Shown here one piece after another: positions 60,498-64,000 of a stretch of 64,000 nucleotides of DNA. The stretch covers positions 7,998,001 through 8,062,000 of the forward strand of contig JBHGNT010000009.1 in assembly GCA_043228905.1 (NCBI GenBank), in the 5' to 3' direction. Source of the stretch: Azolla caroliniana (taxonomy: Eukaryota; Plantae; Polypodiophyta). Under the pieces are notes generated by a model. The model was not told where the DNA came from. It worked only from the letters and a program-made list of their open reading frames with translations, and did no database searches. Positions within the stretch are counted from its first letter, which is position 1. Each line of letters opens with the position of its first letter. Both the position numbers and the translations under genes were made by a program.

Positions 60498-62242
60498 TGT
60501 CTCAACCGGTAGGCTTCCTAGCGACGGGGGAGGAAAGTCACCTTGTATGTCAACTGAAGAAAAGTCACCTTGTATTTCAACTGAAGAAAAGTCTCTATGG
60601 CTTGAAACAAGCGCCGAGGATGTGGTACCAGAAGTTTGACTCCTACATCAAGCAACTTGGATACCTCCGATCACACTCTGACCCATGTATGTGCATTCGA
60701 CAACTGGCCGACGAGTCTAGGATTTATATGATACTATATGTCAACAACATGTTGATTTCAGGTAGCAATCAAATGGAAATAAGAAAGCTAAAGCGAAATC
60801 TTCATGACAATTTTGCGATGAAGGAACTCAAACAAGCCCAACAGATACTGGGAATGAGGATCGACCGAAATCGGACGACCAAGATTCTTTGACTCTCCCA
60901 GTCCGACTATATTAGGAAGGTACTAAAGCGCTTCAACATGGGGAATGCGAAGCTAGCATCAACACCGCTTCTGACGTTGATTCGACTATCAGACAGAGAC
61001 TCTCCTTCAATGGACAAGGAGAGAGAGCTTAATTGAAAGATGCCCTACGCATCGGCCGTAGGAAGTATCATGTACGCAATGGTGGTGACCCGACCCGACC
61101 TAGCCTATGCCATAGGGGTGGTCAACCGGTACATGTCAAATCCAAGACGGAAGCACTGGGAGGCCGTCAAGCACATCTTCAAGTACCTAAGAGGAACTGA
61201 AGATATACAGTTGACTTTCAGTTTAACAACCTCAGCCGAAGTTGAAGGCTACATTGACTCTGACTATGCCGGTAATACGCACAATCGAAAGTCAACATCT
61301 GGCTATATCTTCACCTATGGTGGTGGTGCTATATCCTGGAGGTCAAAGCTTCAAGAGTCCACGGCCCTGTCAACCACAAAGACCGAGTACATAGCCGCAT
61401 CGGAGGCAGCGAAGGAAGAAATTTGGTTGCATCGACTGTCTACCGACTTCTCATCTACAAGACAAATCGACCGACCAACGTCAACCATCTATTGCGACTC
61501 ACAGAGCGATATACACCTCATTAACAATCATCTCTATCATGCAAAGACAAAGCATATTGAGGTGCAGTATCATCACATCCGGGAGCTCATAATCAAGAAG
61601 AAGCTCGAGGTCCGGAAAATTGACACCAAGTTGAAGATCGTTGATTGCCTAACGAAACCACTCCCAGATCAACACTTCAGAACACTAAGGGAAAAGATGG
61701 GACTGCGAAAAGCGACCAAGCAGAAGAAAGTCGAACGACGAGCAGAAGGTAAGTCGAATTGATCGACTCGGACAAGTCAATTTGACTGACTAGCCGAACC
61801 AGGCTAGACATTGAACGCATCTCTGCAGACTCAGCCATATGCCGACTGACTTGTAAATATAAATTTAGATTAATTTTGTAATCTAGGGTTTACGGGGGAG
61901 ATAACCCCATCTACATGCATGAAAGAGTGGTCCTTTTAAGGGGGAGTTTGTTGGCATAAAAGGCTGACTCCTTCCAATTTGTATCCTAGTGTGAACTTGT
62001 CCAAAAGAGTTAGGGCTTAGTATATAAGCAATAACCTAACGGTGTAAAAGAGAGAGAACTTCTTAATCATCTTGTATAGCAATCTCTGAGTGAGAGTGAG
62101 TGAGAAAGAACATAATATATCAAAGCTTCCATTAAAGCTTAGAACATGTCCATTCTTTGTTTATTCTCTTGCCTTCCTTCTATGTTGTTTGCTGAACACT
62201 ATGACATATCCTCATACATTCGTTTCCGCACATATTCTATCA
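60498..62242 (+). mobile_element. Ty1/copia 3' half (RT-RNaseH, PPT, 3' LTR), degenerate
   Basis: SLYGLKQAPRMW, LYVNNML, PYASAVGSIMY, DSDYAG..RKSTSG, ALSTTKTEY, KTKHIE. PPT AAGGGGGAG at ~61938. LTR 61949-62242 (TGTTGG...CTATCA). A 27-bp in-frame tandem duplication at ~60535-60590. Confidence 0.88.
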
Positions 62243-64000
62243 ATAGCCGTCGTCCGATCGAAGGCATCGTGCATGATGATTCGTTTCCTTTTCGACTTCG
62301 TTCTTGAATTTTTGGAAGTGCGAGAACACTTCATTCTTCTGGCGCATGGGATAAATACATGTATGTCTGGGGAAGTTGTCGACGAACGTTATGTAGTATC
62401 GGCAACCACCGAATGTTGCCACCTAGGTTGGTCCCCATACATCTGAATGTATTACAACAAGGATCCGTTTGCTTACGTTCCTCTCCTTTGCGAACGGTTG
62501 TTGGTTTTGTTTGCCGAATTGGCAAGCTTCGCACATGCCTGCAATTTCCTTTTCAATGAAGGTTGGGAGTCTGGTGACAACTCCTTTTGTCTACATTCCT
62601 TTGAGCTTTTGGAGATTGATGTGGCCAATCCTTTTGTGCCATTGCTCTATGTCGGCATTGGCTCTATGACCCTTGACATACATTGTCAATTTCACCTCGT
62701 TTGAATCAAGGATGAACATCCGACCTTCTCTTCGACCGCGGGCAATGAGTCGGCCTTCTGTTTCGATGAAGCACCCTCCATCGTTGAAGCGAACTTGCAT
62801 GCCTTGTTCCACAATCTGGCCAACAGAGACCAGGTTCTTCATTATTGTTGGAACATGCAAGATGTTCTTGATGTAGGTTTGGTTGCCTTCTTCCCCAAAT
62901 GGGACATTGTTGACATGTTGAATGGGGTGGAGTGTGTCATCCCCAATTTCCATATAGCCGGGTCGTTCAGGCTTTCGTAGATCTCAGAACCAATCCTCAT
63001 GAGACGTCATGTGGTTGGATGTGCCTGAGTCAACAAACCATACATCTTCTGAGTTGGAGGTGTTGGTCAGGTTGGAGGTTGTCATAGATTTCTCTTTGTG
63101 CCTCATCACAAACATTCCGCCAATATCGTCATAGTTAGAGTTTGAGGTGTAGTTGGTGAGTTGTTGACTTTTGGAGGCCTACTCATTCTTCTTTTTGCGA
63201 CACTCTACCACATAGTGGCCGAACTTGCCACAGTATCCACACTAGATGGTCACACAGCTCCTTGATCTTCAAGGTGTAGTTGCCAATGGACATATCCCTC
63301 TATTGACCATTGTTCAACACTTGGCGGAGTTGAAGTTTTGGAGTGGTTGTCTTTGCCGCGAATATCTTCTTGAGGTTCCCCCACACCTCTTTCGAATGTA
63401 GCCAAGAATGTGATCATGGACCCATGATGCAAGACAGTATAGCACCTGACTCACTGCTTGTACCCAAGATGGACGGTCGGCATGTGCTGGGTTGGGTTGA
63501 TTTTCATGTTCTCCTTCGACCTAACCCCAATAGCCTTGGATGACAAGGTATTGATGCATCTTGTACTCCAAAGATGCAAAATTGTTTATGTTGAGTTTCT
63601 CTGTAGGAAGAGCGTTTCCCATCTGAGTGTTCATGTCGAACTTCTTCTTCTCTTGATTCAAACTATGAAGGTCGTTGCTACATCGATCAACTGGTTCTCT
63701 GTGAACACGGGATTAGACACAACACACGCGACGGTGATGGGCTTGGATCAAGCTACCAATCGATGTTATACCATGTAAAGAATCGGTGATGATTCTGTTC
63801 AGCGAAAGAGATGTGTGTGTGAGAGAGACAGAGACAGAGACAGAGAACACAAGCAAATACAGAAAAACAAAAAATTATATTAACACTAACAAGAATAAGC
63901 CAACAACAACAACGCTTTACAAAGAGAAGGAGAAGGTGATTATGTAGTCACCTTCTCTCTAAGTTCTCTCACTGAAATCGCCCCTTTGGGAAAGAGGTTG
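62243..64000 (-). mobile_element. Ty1/copia 5' half (LTR, PBS, gag, PR, start of IN), degenerate; related to the element at 1-7974
   Basis: LTR from 63774 rightwards and a degenerate PBS TGGTATAAC from 63773. Gag LPTEKL...YKMHQYL, WFVDSGTSNHMTSH, LHVPTIMKNLVSVGQIV, WHKRIGH, CLRSDDG, cut by the + strand copia LTR. Confidence 0.88.

Overview
Repeat-rich land-plant nuclear DNA. The gene and TE repertoire suggest a fern or other seed-free plant (inference). There are two intact, convergent, intron-containing genes: RUS1-like (DUF647, + strand, 8 exons, ~662 aa) and a membrane-anchored hexokinase (- strand, 9 exons, 503 aa) whose 8.7-kb intron 7 is a nest of TEs. Two decayed intron-containing pseudogenes (kinesin-14 stalk/neck; SAP-domain C3H62-like) lie back to back at 52.7-59.4 kb. 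The rest is nested transposons: four Ty1/copia copies or remnants, five Ty3/gypsy copies or remnants (one a very young intact chromovirus), three copies of one LINE family, two solo LTRs, a hAT MITE, and a 4-kb TIR element carrying a mirror-symmetric array of ~50-bp palindromes. The most unusual signals are: tRNA-like (A-box/B-box) modules built into a gypsy LTR; a candidate -1 frameshift signal between protease and RT; a chromovirus leader with a candidate intron enclosing a 5x hairpin array; the TIR element's apparent 6-bp TSD; and a 195-bp duplication flanking a half-element. All calls were made by eye, with no searches run.
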